From NCBI GenBank assembly GCA_030390025.1, contig CM059432.1, positions 65,536,001 to 65,600,000 on the forward strand: a stretch of 64,000 nt of DNA, read 5' to 3'. Origin of the DNA: Squalus acanthias (taxonomy: Eukaryota). Below, one piece after another: positions 1 to 11,983 of this stretch. A model generated the notes under the pieces. That model saw nothing but the letters and a program-made list of their open reading frames with translations, was not told where the DNA came from and did not search any database. The position numbers and the translations under genes were made by a program. How positions within the stretch are numbered: position 1 is the stretch's first letter; every line of letters begins with the position of its first letter.

Positions 1-429
1 GCTCCTATTTCTTATGTTCTTAAAGGTTCGTAATGCTGACCAAACCACGTCTTGTCACATCTAAATCACGTCTCCATTATAGTTACTATATTGTATCCCT
101 CCATTGTATTTAATGTTAGCTCTCCAATTTTTTAAAAACTTGCTGCATTCACATACATACCACTCAATCCTGACTCCAATATTTTGGAACATTGATCCTT
201 ATTATTTTTCCTAGATTTCTCAGTTCATTCTTTTGATCGCCACTGCCTTTTCTAGCAGAGTATTTCTATCTCTCACTACTTCCTCGTGTCTTTCGTTCCC
301 TTTCTCTTCAGATAATAATTTCTCACGATTTATTTCAGCTAAGCCATTTGCATCTTTATTAATCCTTCTCTCCCTCTCTAATCAAACCAAGGCTTTCCCC
401 ACCCCCTACCATATTTGTTTAAATCCTTC

Positions 430-2060
430 CCCATTGCTCTATTTACCATCTCTACAAAGACATTGTTGTCACTCCATTCATTTCGGGATCGACTTCCCTT
501 GTTCCAGAATTTGCTTCAATGCTCCAAAGAATTTTCCACCCACAAGTTCTTGTTTTTCAATCTAGTGCCTAACTCCTTATACTACCTCTGCAAAACTTCA
601 AACATACTTCGATCTATGTTATCAGTTTCAATATGGGGCATGGATTTTGGCATCTCCCTCACTTCCCAGAAGTTTTTTCCACCCGGTCCATGATAGTCTT
701 CGCCTTGGCATCAGGAAGGCAGCATGCAATGAAGGTCTCCTGGTCATGACTGCACAGAAGGCTATCTAGACCCCTGAATATAGAATCTCCTACTATTAAC
801 ACTCTCCTATTCTTATATCTTACCTTCCCCTCACCCTTCCCCCTTTGGCTCCACAGTGCCGCAGTGTTGCTCAGGACTACCCTCCTCTGAGTCGTTGTCA
901 CTGTTCATCACAAACTTATCCAACACTCTGTATCAATTGGATAGTTTTAATGGCCCAAAAATTAGTGCCGCTACGCGAGAGTACGCACTGTGTACTCTCG
1001 CGTATTCTGTCTCCAATTGCCGGTTTTCTGCATGCACTGTGCATGCGCTGAAAACCGGCACTTGGTGATTTCAAAAGGGGGCGGTTCCGAGGTGAACCGC
1101 ATGCGTGCTACAGGCTGCGCGCACGCAGTGCACTTAGTGCTTTGAACGCGCAGGTAAGCATGGAAGATTTTACACATAAAGAAAGGAGGCGTAAGACCCT
1201 CTTTTAACAAGGTAAGTAGTTAATTAAGTATTATTTTGAATTTTTTTCAACAGGTATATCTTTTTTAGAGACTTTAAAGAAAGGTAAGTTTATTTTTATA
1301 ACTTTTTTAAAGATTTAAATTTTTTCAAAAATTTAATTTTTTGTTTAAAGTGGTTAATTTATTTAACTATACTTATTTTATTAATGTGATGGTTTTTTAA
1401 AAAAATTTAATTGAGGTTTAGCTGTTCTTTTGGGGGGGTATAGTATTCATAGCTTTCACAGCCGTGCAGTGAAAACTATGAATGAAAGATGGTGTGCTGC
1501 CATTGGCTCTAACTGAGTCACGTGATCCCACAGCTCGCACGAATTAACTGCGCCTGTGGGATACGGAAGCTCTGCACAGCTGCTGTCCAGAACATCAAGT
1601 TCGTGCGAGCTGGGAATGAAAAAGCCAGCGCGCAGTGAGAGATCGCGGGGAAGCCTTACCCTCGCACGAAGGCTCCCTCACTAATTTTTGGGCCAATAAT
1701 TCAGGATTCCCTGCACCGATGAGTCCCGTCTCCTTTTGCTCCCTGGAAGATCGTCACCCACTTGTCTCTTTCTGCACAATTGCGTCCTAAACTGCCTAAC
1801 AATGCCTCTTGGTAACCACATTCCAGAGAGGACAATCTGGAAACCCCTTGTCCTCTGATGCTACCGAATGTGGCTAATTGCTGCTTGAGCACAAAGATTC
1901 TCTGATCAAGAGACTCAATTTTCTGACACTGACGCTGATGCTAAACTGTACGCTCTTCTGGCCTCACACTCCAGTGGCCTCTCACAGTTCAAAAGGGTGT
2001 AAACTAAATCCTTATTGGAAAATCAGCTCTTGTGTCTCTGAGCATCCATTCATGTCTTGA
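430..2060 (-). mobile_element. Degenerate CR1 LINE ORF1 (SGNH/GDSL esterase-type) remnant, split by a MITE at 952-1694
   Basis: ORF 659-901(-) reads RRVLIVGDSIFRGLDSLLC...CCLPDAK, the GDS motif typical of the CR1 ORF1 esterase. The upstream part LKQQLATFGSIR lies at 1701-1892(-). Boundaries are approximate. Confidence 0.7.
952..1694 (+). mobile_element. Non-autonomous Harbinger-type element (MITE family A, copy 1)
   Basis: Perfect 16-bp TIR GGCCCAAAAATTAGTG/CACTAATTTTTGGGCC; 3-bp TSD AAT at 949-951 and 1695-1697; homologous to 52480-53244. Confidence 0.9.
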
Positions 2061-3550
2061 CCAGCGATGAAATATTGACTGAACAGGAATTCTGCACTGA
2101 TCCCTCTCATTTTATTGCTGTCCACCAAGAAAAGGCATATTATTAGGAGACAAAGATCTTCCAACTTCTATACAGCAAGTGAAAGAACCTTCTTAAAGTG
2201 GAGCTCTTTAACAGAATGATTAATCTATGGTTTTTTTTCTTGCACTTCCTGGATGGGAAATGCCTAACCTCTACTTGGCAACTGCCCACAGTGGCATGAT
2301 TGAAATCTAGAGCTTTCTGTGTGGGGAATCACAAATGCAGACCTGTGTTCTGTTGCTCCATGTTACAGCCTGTTGCAGCATTCGAAGAGTAGCCATTGAA
2401 CAAGACATTGATTGGAATTATGGCCCTTGACAAAAAGTTATTGAGTAACATTGCTATAATCCACAAGATATGTAATTATTTTCTGGTGATATTAGTTTAG
2501 GTTGTACACAATTAAACAGAGATTAAAGTGAACTTCATATAGGTTGACTGCATGTTTTAATATTGGCCATTTAAAAACTCAAACATGATTATTCTGTAAA
2601 TACTGAATGGATTTTATTGTAGCCAATGAAAATGCTCACATTCTAAAACTATCTTATCAAACACACCAGTCATTGACACGTACACCTATGCTACACACAG
2701 AATATTGGTAAATCCAAGGCAAATGCACACAAACCTCATAAGTTTTTTATTATACATAGGAGAACTGCTAAAAATCACTGTATACATTTTTGCAGGCAAT
2801 GTGATTTTTTTGTAATATTACGGAATACTTGTATAGAATAGGTAAAGAATAAAATGTTATATTTCAGAAAATGACAATCTTTCATTAAGCTGCATTACAC
2901 TTACACAAATGAAGAGCTCACTTTAAAGGCATTGGGGAAGAACTTGGATAAGACCTGAAAATGGGGGCAGGGATCGCGGTGCGTGATTAACCCACGCCCG
3001 TTCATTGGCCGGAATTTTTGCAGAGAGTGCGGGTTCGCGAGCGGGTCAGCAGTTAAAAGCGCCGAAATATGACAACACGTCGGGTACCCGCCTTCACCTC
3101 GCCGACTTCCGCATTTAACTTGGGTGCATTTCCCAGCGCGCCATGGACCTGCTCGGGAGAGGTGGGCAACCTCATTGAAGTAGTTAACAGCTCGTTGAGA
3201 GATCGTTAGGAGGGTTTTTAACATGAGGTTTCAGCTTTTACTGCTTGTGCACGGGATTCACGGACTTCCTGAAGCTCACCTGTGAAGACAAGGCGAGAGC
3301 TCAATGGCCATTGTGCGAGGTCATTAACTGACAGCTGGAAAAAGCACATAAATACACACATATTGTACCTGCTTCCTTGCCTAAGGGAAAGGCTCTTGCT
3401 GACACTATTTTGTGCAGAGATTCTGCTTTCAAGAGTTTTTAGGTGATTTCTGCAACCTCGGAAGCCAGTCTCACCACATTGCAAGTCACTCTCACTACAT
3501 TGGAGGATTGTGCCTCTCATCTCCACTTTACCTGGCATCTATCAGATCAG

Positions 3551-4764
3551 CATGGGTGTCGCTTATGCTGTTTCACTCTGAACCTCAGATTCGGACCAAG
3601 ATGAGCCCCAGCACCAACAACACCAGCCACACCAACAGCAGCAGCAACAACACCAGCAGCCTTCTCCTCAGGGAACTGATGCTCCACAGGAGAGAGGGGA
3701 TCACCACAGGGGTGCACCTCACCAGAGGCAGAGGATGATCTTCCTGGACATGACTGAGCAACAGTGTTTCAGGAGTCTCAGGCTATTGTGCCAGGTCGTG
3801 GTAGACATTTGTAGCTTGCTGGAACAAGACCGGCTGCCGAGAGGACCTGGTGGTCATGCCTTACCAGTGACTGTCAAAGTCACCACCGCCCTCAACTTCT
3901 TTGCCTCAGATTCCTACCAGGGATCTGCAGCAGACATTTGTGGGATCTCGTAGTCGGCCACCCACAGATGCATTACCCAAGTGACCGTTGCCATGCTTCA
4001 CAAGTCAGCCAATTATATCAAATTTGCCACTGATGAAGCCAGTGATACTGAGTGGGTGTTCGGCTTTGCGGCTCTGGCTGGCTTCCCACGGGTGCAGAGT
4101 GTCATCGACTGCATACATGTGGCCATCAAGGCACCCTCAGATCACCCTGGAGTGTTTGTGAACCGCAAGACTTTCCACTCCCTCAATGTGCAGCTCGTCT
4201 GCAACTACAAAAAGCTCATCATGCTTGTGTGTGCCAGATTCCCAGGGAGCTGTCATGACTCTCGTCCTGCGCTAGTCCACCCACCCTCAGCTCTTCGCAC
4301 CTCCGAACAGACTTACCGACTGGCTGCTTGGGGGCAAGGGCTATCCACTGAAGACATGGCTGATGACACACTTGAGGAGGCCAAGCAATGAGGCCGAGGA
4401 ACGCTACAATGAAAGCCACATGACGACCAGATGTGTCATAGAGCAAGCAATCAGGATACTGAAGAGGCGTTTCAGATGCCTGGACAGATCTGGAGGAGCC
4501 CTGCAGTACGCATCAGGCAGGGTTTCCAGAATGATCATCGTATGCTGCGCACTGCACAACATAACACAGCAGCGAGGAGCGAGGATTGGAGCTGCAGGAG
4601 GAGCAAGACACAGAGCGCACAGCCTCTTCGGAAGAGGAGGAGGAAGAGCAGGTGGAACACAAGGAGCAGGAGGAAGAGGAACCTGAGGTGGACATGGCAC
4701 CAACAGTGGTGCACATTGCTGCCTCAGATGCCTGGGACAGCCTCATAATGGCACGATTTAGTTA
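3551..4764 (+). pseudogene. Harbinger (HARBI1-like) DDE transposase, with frameshifts and a stop
   Basis: Motifs spread over several frames: [93 protein letters not shown]. Confidence 0.92.
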
Positions 4765-5067
4765 AGTTGCACCAGTGCACCCGTCTGGCTCCCAGATGCT
4801 GTACCAACTCCCCCCGCGCCCCCGCCCACCAACACCACAAAGCAGTCCTAAAATGACCAAACTATTCCTGTCACACACTAACCGATTGCTCAAGGTTAAG
4901 TAATGTCTCACCATTCACTCCAACTGACAAAGCCACTTCCCAGGTAACAGGCAAAAATGGACAAGACGGGAAAGTGGTGCAAAGAAATAAATTTATGTGG
5001 CTCATAAATAGAACTGAAACTTAACACTAACATTTTGGCAAACACCCTTGTGCATATCCTTGTGCAT

Positions 5068-7260
5068 CTACAATTGTGTCATTTTACTTTTCCGAGCGCT
5101 TCTACAAGGTGCAACCCCTGTGGCTTCAGCAGAGGTAGAGGCAGGCTGCTCACTTCCCTGCTCTGACTGCTTAGACACTTTTGGTGGACGTCCTCTAGGT
5201 TTTGGAGCCTGTGAGGGCCCTGCCAAAGACTGCTCCTCCAGCAACTGTGCAGGGGCAGACTCGGCCATTGGGATCCGAGGCAGCATGTGGGGCTCTGACT
5301 GACGGGGAGGCAATGGGGGAGAAGTGGGAGGGCTATGAGCAGAGCTACCACTTCCATGTCCCCTCTTACCATCATCCCTCTCATGGGCCATCCACACTTC
5401 CCTGCTAGCAAGGAGCTGGAGAGCACCTTGCTGCACATCAATGGGGCGATGAACGCCCAAGTTTACATTGGTAGCCTTTCTAGAGATGAGTTCAATAAGA
5501 GTCTGGAAGCTGTTGTTCACAGGAAGCATGTTCTTGATTGACTGGCGCATTAGCTGTTCCATGCAGGTGGCCATCCTTTCCATGGAAGAGCACATCGTTG
5601 CCATCCGTCTGCGACATGGTACTGCTCATGTTAGAGATGGACTCCTCCATTCTCTCTACTATCGCACACATCACGGCTGGAAAAGCTGCCAGAGGCTTGC
5701 ACATTTGTTTCTGCTCCTCCAGGATCAACCTCTTAGTCGATGGCCCCTGAGGTTCAGCAACTGCATCCAGCTGAGCAGAGCTGGGAGCGTCCTGTGCCCT
5801 CCAGCGAGGAGTCTCCACTGCTGTCCCTGTCTCTACCATCTGCTCTTGCTCACTTGTGATGTGTGAGACACCAGGTGACAACACTACTCTCTCTCTCACA
5901 GGACCCACCGAGGTACGCGTATCTGCGCTGGTGCTGGGTGTGCCTGGGTCTGGTGACGGTGCACCCTCAGAGACTGCAGGTTCCTCTGAGGAGTCGTCTT
6001 CCTCCTCCGGCTGGACAGTGGTGGGGGAGCTTGATGGACGTATGGGAGAGTAAAGACATGAATTAGAACTCTTATGATAAGAATGTGAAACGTTACCATT
6101 ATGCACATGATGATATTTCACTGGCTGCTAACATCAGTCACCATGAGTGACTGTTGTATGCCATGTGGCTATATATTTAATTCTGTCACCAGGTTGCAGG
6201 GAGGTTCCCCTCTCTCCATCTCCCACCGCCAGCAGCTCTGCCACTCCGCTTATTTCCAGCGTCTCCTCCTCTGCTGGCAACAATGTAGTCTAAATTGGAG
6301 GGCCACCTCCGGTTCTCAGTCTCTCCCTGTTGTTCTGTGCTCTCTTCTCCTGCAAGATGCACTGCAGCAACTCGTCAAGGCTTCTTCGGCAGCACCTCCC
6401 AAACCCGCGACCTCTTCCACCTAGAAGGACAAGGGCAGCAGGCGCATGGGAACACCACCACCTCCAAGTTCCCCTTCAAGTCACACACCATCCTGACTTA
6501 GAAGTATATCGTCGATCCTTCATCGTCGCTGGGTCAAAATCCTGGAACTCCCTACCTAACAGCACTGTGGGAGTACCATCACCACACGGACTGCAGCGGT
6601 TCAAGAAGGCGGCTCACCACCACCTTCTCAAGGGCAATTAGGGATGGGCAATAAATGCTGGCCTTCCCAGCGATGCCCAGATCCCATAAACGAATTAAAA
6701 AAAAGAGAACTTTGAGTGAGAGTGCTGGATTGAGTGTAAGGGATGGATGGGCTACATCTGTAGAGGGTGACTATGAGGGAGAGGCGTGACATTGCCGAAT
6801 GGCCTCCTTCTGTGGCGTTACTTTCTATGATTGCATTAGGCTGAGGGTGAGTGTCAGTGGTGGTTAGTCAGATGGGGATGTGAGTAGGTGCATAGACAGT
6901 GAGGGATGGGCGCACCTGCAAGGTAGGTTGGTGTGAGGAGTGACGGCAGGAGTAGGCTTGGGAAGGCAGAGTGAGGGGGTTGGGGTGCCATGCACAGCAG
7001 GATGTAGTTGAATGTGGCATTGTACTCACCTTTCCTGACCTCATCAGATCATTAAATCTCTTCCTGTATTGAATCCAGGAGTGGGTGACAACACTTCTGC
7101 TGCTCACTTCTTGTGCGATCTCCAGCCATGCCCTCTGGGTTTCACTGGCTGGCCTCTTCTTGCCATCACCAGTGCTTCCATGCCCTCACTCCCTGGAGCA
7201 GAATTTCCAGGGAGGAATCTGAAAACCTGGGCACTGCCTTCTGGCACTCAGACTGCATCT
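5068..7260 (-). pseudogene. Harbinger Myb/SANT-like DNA-binding gene (spliced, decayed) with C-terminal AT-hook
   Basis: RKRFNDLMRSGK is followed by a GTGAGT donor (~7030). The last exon has an acidic/Ser-rich region, a helical segment (AIVERMEESISNMS) and KPRGRPPK. Confidence 0.75.
6351..6703 (+). mobile_element. 3' end of a CR1/L2-group LINE inserted in the Harbinger Myb gene
   Basis: Encodes ...SKSWNSLPNSTVGVPSPHGLQRFKKAAHHHLLKGN*, followed by AATAAA and an A-rich tail; same family as 19906-21378 and 60979-61215. Confidence 0.85.
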
Positions 7261-7820
7261 TTGCCTCTAAATGATTGCACCCTCACATACAAGATGTAAC
7301 ACCGACAGGCGCCTCTGACAGGCACCTCTTGACCACCTCCAACAACCTTCAACTCTCATCTGTACACTGCCCCTTTAAATAGTTGAGCTGAAGTTGAGTC
7401 ATCCTTAACGTCATTAGACCTGCTCCATTTAATTGGCTGGGAAACACGCATGACTCAGTCAAATGACCTAGTTAAGTTAAACAAACAGTGGAGAGTGGGC
7501 TGATGGACCGGTTGTGATGGCGACCCGCTACGTGGCCCCCCCCCCGCACCCGAACACAGTCACAGGTAAAAATTCAACCCATTATGTTGCAGGCAGTACG
7601 TTAAAGTTAAATTCACGCTGCCTGCTCTTTTAAATGATTTCTGCATGCAGCCACACTACCCGCACTGTTCATTGACTGCACGCATCAGCAGGGGCCCGAT
7701 ATCGTGAGTGTCTAGTGCTACTTAAAGGCAGCCTGCACCTCCTAAAGGAAGGTATGTTGTGTCTGCAACAAGTGGTGGGAGTTTTTTCAAAACTGAATGA
7801 GTGCTGCGATACTTTGAGCA

Positions 7821-9350
7821 ATGGCTGAACATGTGAGAGAGCATGCATCAAGGTTTTCAGACAATGCTCTGGAGGCCTTGGTGGAAAAGAAAGAAAAGAA
7901 AGATTTGCATTTATATAGTGACTTTCATGACCACCGGGCGTCTCAAAGCGCTTTACAGCCAATGAAGTACTTTTTGAAGTGGAGTCACTGTTGTAATGTG
8001 GGAAATGCGGCAGCCAGTTTGCGCACAGCAAGCTCCCACAAAAAGCCTTGTGATATTGACCAGATAATCTGTTTTTGTTATGTTGGTTGAGGGATAAATA
8101 CTGGCCAGGACACCGGGGATAACTCCCCTGTTCTTCTTCAAAATAGTGCCATGTTTTTTTTTACATCCATCTGGGAGAGCAGACGGGGCCTCGGTTTAAC
8201 GTCTCATCCGAAAGATGGCACCTCCGACAGTGCAGCACTCCCTCAGCACTGTATTGGAATGTCAGCCTAGCTTTATGTGCTCAAGTCCCTGGAGTGGGAC
8301 TTGAACCCACAACCTTCTGACTCAGAGGCGAGTATGCTACCAACTGAGCCACAGCTGACACTGACACTGGAAGAGGTCGAAAGGAAGAGAAATGTCCTGT
8401 ATCCGTAGGGGGGCAGTAGGCCCTCCAGACTCATGCTCAGGAGGCAGTGGGAAGAAATAGGATGTCAATTTCAGGAGTGTTGCTCGTCGAACATGGATGC
8501 AGTGCAGGAAGAAGTTTAACGATCTCCCACGAGTTGTCAAGGTGAGTGAGTTCATCTTCAAATTCCATATCGTACCAACTGCACCACTAGCCTCAGCCAC
8601 TACTCAATTTTCTACCCACCTACCAACAATCTCTATCAATCAGGACTCAACCCTAACATTCATATGCTTTACCTCACCTTCGCATACTTAGCACTGTTGC
8701 TATCCTCACATCCACAACTCACAGCTTGCACACACTGGCAGCTATTCAACCATGACAGCCACATCACCCAACCCTCCCTTGTCCCTTTTGCACCTCAGAT
8801 ATCCAATAACTGGAACCTGCCCAGGCAATGGAGGAAGAGGAAGAAGACAGTGAAGATGAAGAGACACAGTCACTCGCAGCCACCAGCTCAGATACGGATG
8901 CTGCGCATACTTTAGAGGCGGGGATAGAGGAAGGATCTGCACATGTTGAGACACTGGGAATAGTGCGCAGGAGCCAGGGCATGGGGAAAATATAGCGCAG
9001 GTGACAGCTCGCCAGAGAGTGAGGTCGCACACTAGTTCTGCTGCAGAGGACTCAGATGAGGACTGTGATGGCTCAGGCTACAGAAGAAGGCTGATGGGTG
9101 TACACACCCAAATGCTTGATGCACTGGAAAGACTGCCAGAAAGTCTGTGCTCAATGTCAAGGAGCATGGAGGAGTCCAGCGCCAACTTGGCACAGGGCCT
9201 TGCGCAGGGCTTGGAGCCCATCCTTTCCAACATTGATCGATTGGTCACCTCCATCAGCACACCTGTGGAACCCAGCATAATGCAGCATCTGATGGTGAAT
9301 AGCTTAGCTTCCATTGCAGCACAATTAGTGCCGATTAGTGCCAAAAAACA
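7821..9350 (+). pseudogene. Harbinger Myb/SANT gene remnant interrupted by a SINE
   Basis: MAEHVREHASRFSDNALEALVE|EVERKRNVLYP...QCRKKFNDLPRVVK with a GTGAGT donor at 8542. The later SSAAEDSDED..RRRLMGVH...RSMEES matches exon 3 of the 29-kb and 48-kb copies. Confidence 0.8.
7887..8367 (-). mobile_element. tRNA-derived SINE with Deu-domain-like core (DeuSINE/SacSINE1-like)
   Basis: A box TGGCTCAGTTGG and B box GGTTCAAGTCC on the minus strand; core GCACTGTCGGAGGTGCCATCTTTCGGATGAGACGTTAAACCGAGG; L2-like tail ending in TTTC repeats; TGGAA duplicated at 7882-7886 and 8368-8372. Confidence 0.85.
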
Positions 9351-9396
9351 GGTGCTACAGAGCCCATTTTCTCCCCCATTGTCCTGAAGACAAAGA

Positions 9397-9991
9397 GGTA
9401 GAAATTTGTCTGAGCTTGTTTTCGGGCCCAGAATCAGCACTGTGCAGCCTGGAAGGTACGAGCCTGGCCTGAAACTGAGCCTCAGGCCTCATTAACATTT
9501 TTTGTGTGTGCTATTGGTGCCTGTCACGTCTCCACATGTGTATTTTAGATAGATGATTATCGGGCCGCTTGCCTTGCCGGAAGTGGCCTAAAGCTAACTC
9601 CTAGGAAGGGGGTTGGAGTGAACAATGGAGCCGAGGTAATCACGAAGACTGTGGAGTGCTCTTGCTGCTCATGGCTCCACAGGAAAGTTAAAAAAAAAAT
9701 TTAAACTGACCTTTAGTTGGCGGCCGTAGCAGCCACTGTAGACCATTGAGCGGGGCAGACTGCCTTGCTCATCGCTGCCCAATTTCTGTGAGGGGCCCCT
9801 CATTTACAAATGTAAGGGGTCTAACGTCTGTTTAAGGCAGCTAACAGGGACGCCTGAAAATGGCCCATCCCAATTTTGGATTGGACGTTTTTCAGGCGTC
9901 CCTGGGGCGCAGCATGTTGTTCCCTAAAGTTGGGCCTCATTGCGGTTATTTTACACCCGTAAAGCGGGTGCAATGAAATCCAATTTCTATC
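9397..9991. mobile_element. Non-autonomous Harbinger-like element
   Basis: Ends GGTAGAAATTTG / CCAATTTCTATC; internal similarity to 10994-11572 and 27351-27903. Confidence 0.55.
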
Positions 9992-10071
9992 ACAACATTT
10001 CAATATTAAAATATTTTCAGAGTGGAGTACTTGGTAGTACAATGGGTCAGCAACTGCCCTTTAACTTCCAT

Positions 10072-10296
10072 GAGAAGTCGCACAACACCAGGTTATAGTC
10101 CAACAGTTTTATTTAAAATTACGAGCTTTCGGAGCTGCTGCCCCTTCGTCAGGTAAAGGTACAGTGAGGGAATCTATTACACAGTATATATACACAGAGA
10201 GCAATTTGTCTGCAGAGATACAATCTGTTAGGGAGGCATTACATCAAAGACACATCAGAGTACAGCTCAGTCCACACCGCATCTCCGCATCATGAG
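10072..10296 (-). mobile_element. Penelope-like element terminal (pLTR) fragment
   Basis: 10072-10147 is the reverse complement of ~60629-60706; 10268-10295 matches the end of that copy (60720-60748) in the opposite orientation. Confidence 0.65.
10119..10156 (-). ncRNA. Putative minimal type-I hammerhead ribozyme
   Basis: The minus strand reads UUAC-CUGACGA-A-GGGGC-AGCA-GCUCC-GAAA-GCUC-GUAA: conserved core, 5-bp stem II, 4-bp stem I and palindromic AGCU stem III. Confidence 0.65.
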
Positions 10297-10993
10297 CACT
10301 TTAACTTCAGTCCAGATTGTTGGGACAAAAATCTGCTTTATCTGTTGACTGCCTTTGTATAATAGGAAATAGTTTAATATGCCAAAAATCAGCTACATAA
10401 GATTCACTATCTTATGAAACGAATTGATAGATGACCTATTAATAGCCTGGGGAAATATACATTACTTACACATAGGTATGTATTACATATACAGATGAAA
10501 GCTTATACAGAGTTTATTCATTCTCAATCCAGTTACAATGGACATGGATATACAACACAAAACTTCCCCTAATTTGGCACCAATTGCCACTAAAGGAGAA
10601 ATTTTCTGCTTCAGTGCGCATGCCAGGAGCACATATTGAGAAGCTTTACACCACCTTTGACAGATTGGCAGTATGGACAGCAGACCAAGGGCTGGGAGTG
10701 AGCAATTTCTTAATATGCTTAAATGCAAAGCTAGAAGGGTATGACAGGAGCATTAATGTGGAAAGTTTCCCTCCAAATTGGCAATTTGACTCAGAAAGGG
10801 TCATTGCTATGGGAAATGGAAACATATTACATTGGTACAGTAAGATGCTTTTCTGAGATTAGGCTTGAGGCACACTGTTGGGGCAGAGTAGAGGCATTAC
10901 TTTAAATTTAATCATGCTATATGTGACCTGGGATTGGGAGTGCCCAAAATGGAAAATGTTTCATTTTCCAGCAAGAAATGCTTACACAAAAAT

Positions 10994-11572
10994 GGGGTAC
11001 AAATTAGACCTTGTTGTGCCCGTTTTATGGACATAAAATGGGCACAATGAGGGCCAGGTTTGGGGACCAATGTCCTGCGCCCCAAGATGTCCACCCCAAT
11101 ATTGGATTGGAATATTTTTCAGAAGTCTGGGGCACCACCTAAAACAGGTGTTAGGCTCCTTGCTCATGCTAATGCGGAGCCTAGCTCCTGTTTTAGGACT
11201 TCGCAGGGAAATCGGGCTGCCCTCAATTTTCGAGGCGTGGATGCGGTCTGGCAAGTGGCCGCCACCAAAAAGATCGGTTTTTTTTTTAAGTTTGATGTGG
11301 AGTCAGGAGGAACCAGAATGCTCCTTCCCGCTGCACAGCACTCCTGAAGGCCACTGTCGGCCTGCAATTGGCTGTCCTCCCATTCTCCTTCCACTCTGGG
11401 ACTTACCTTTGGGCTATTGCCGGCAAGTGGCCTGACATTCATACTTATGAAACAATGTTTATGAGGCCTGAGGCCCAATTTTGGACCAGCCTCGTGTCTC
11501 CCAGTTAGGGCAAGCACTCCGTGCATGGCCTCTATTTCAAGCCCGAAAACGGGCCTAAAAGAATTTCTGCCC
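10994..11572. mobile_element. Non-autonomous Harbinger-like element
   Basis: Imperfect TIR GGGTACAAATT / AATTTCTGCCC bounding a GC-rich island in AT-rich flanks; shares motifs (TGAGGCCTGAGGC, TGTGGAGTCAGGAGGA) with the 9.4-kb and 27.4-kb elements. Confidence 0.55.
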
Positions 11573-11983
11573 ATTTATATTTTCAGACGTCAAGAACAAT
11601 CTTTTGCTGTAAAATAACATTTGATTTAATCGACATAGTTTATTTTAAAAGAAAAAAATCCCTCATATGTAAATGTTTAATTTTTCCATAAAATAAATTT
11701 TTATGCTAACATGATAATACTATTCTCTGTATATGTAACACATGCCTTGATACGAAATATGTTTCCCTGCATCATTTAGAAGGGTTATATCACGTTCTAG
11801 CACTCCAAGCAGGAATCAATGTTAGCAGCAATCACAACTGGGGAAATCGCAGGCACCCAGCCATAATTTTCCAGTAATGTCAACTGCACCGTCTCATAAA
11901 TCATGAGACAAACTCTTAATAATCATGAGATTCGTTAAGAAATCATGAGTTCCTATTTTAAACCTCATCAGTGGCTTTATTTC

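Larger units (their letters stand above)
2934..7580. mobile_element. PIF/Harbinger transposon (two convergent genes), defective
   Basis: Contains a transposase (+) and a Myb/SANT gene (-). Ends GGGGAAGAACTT / AAAATTCAACCC are imperfect and are flanked by ATT on both sides. Confidence 0.75.

Noticed and set aside
3551..4764. Domesticated host HARBI1 gene (and NAIF1/MSANTD for the Myb ORFs)
   Set aside because: The ORFs are multi-copy, disrupted and enclosed by TIRs/TSDs, so they are transposon copies.
8290..8367. Functional tRNA gene (also 49776-49870 and 32353-32425)
   Set aside because: The A/B boxes run on into SINE or LINE bodies, and no complete acceptor stem or terminator is evident.
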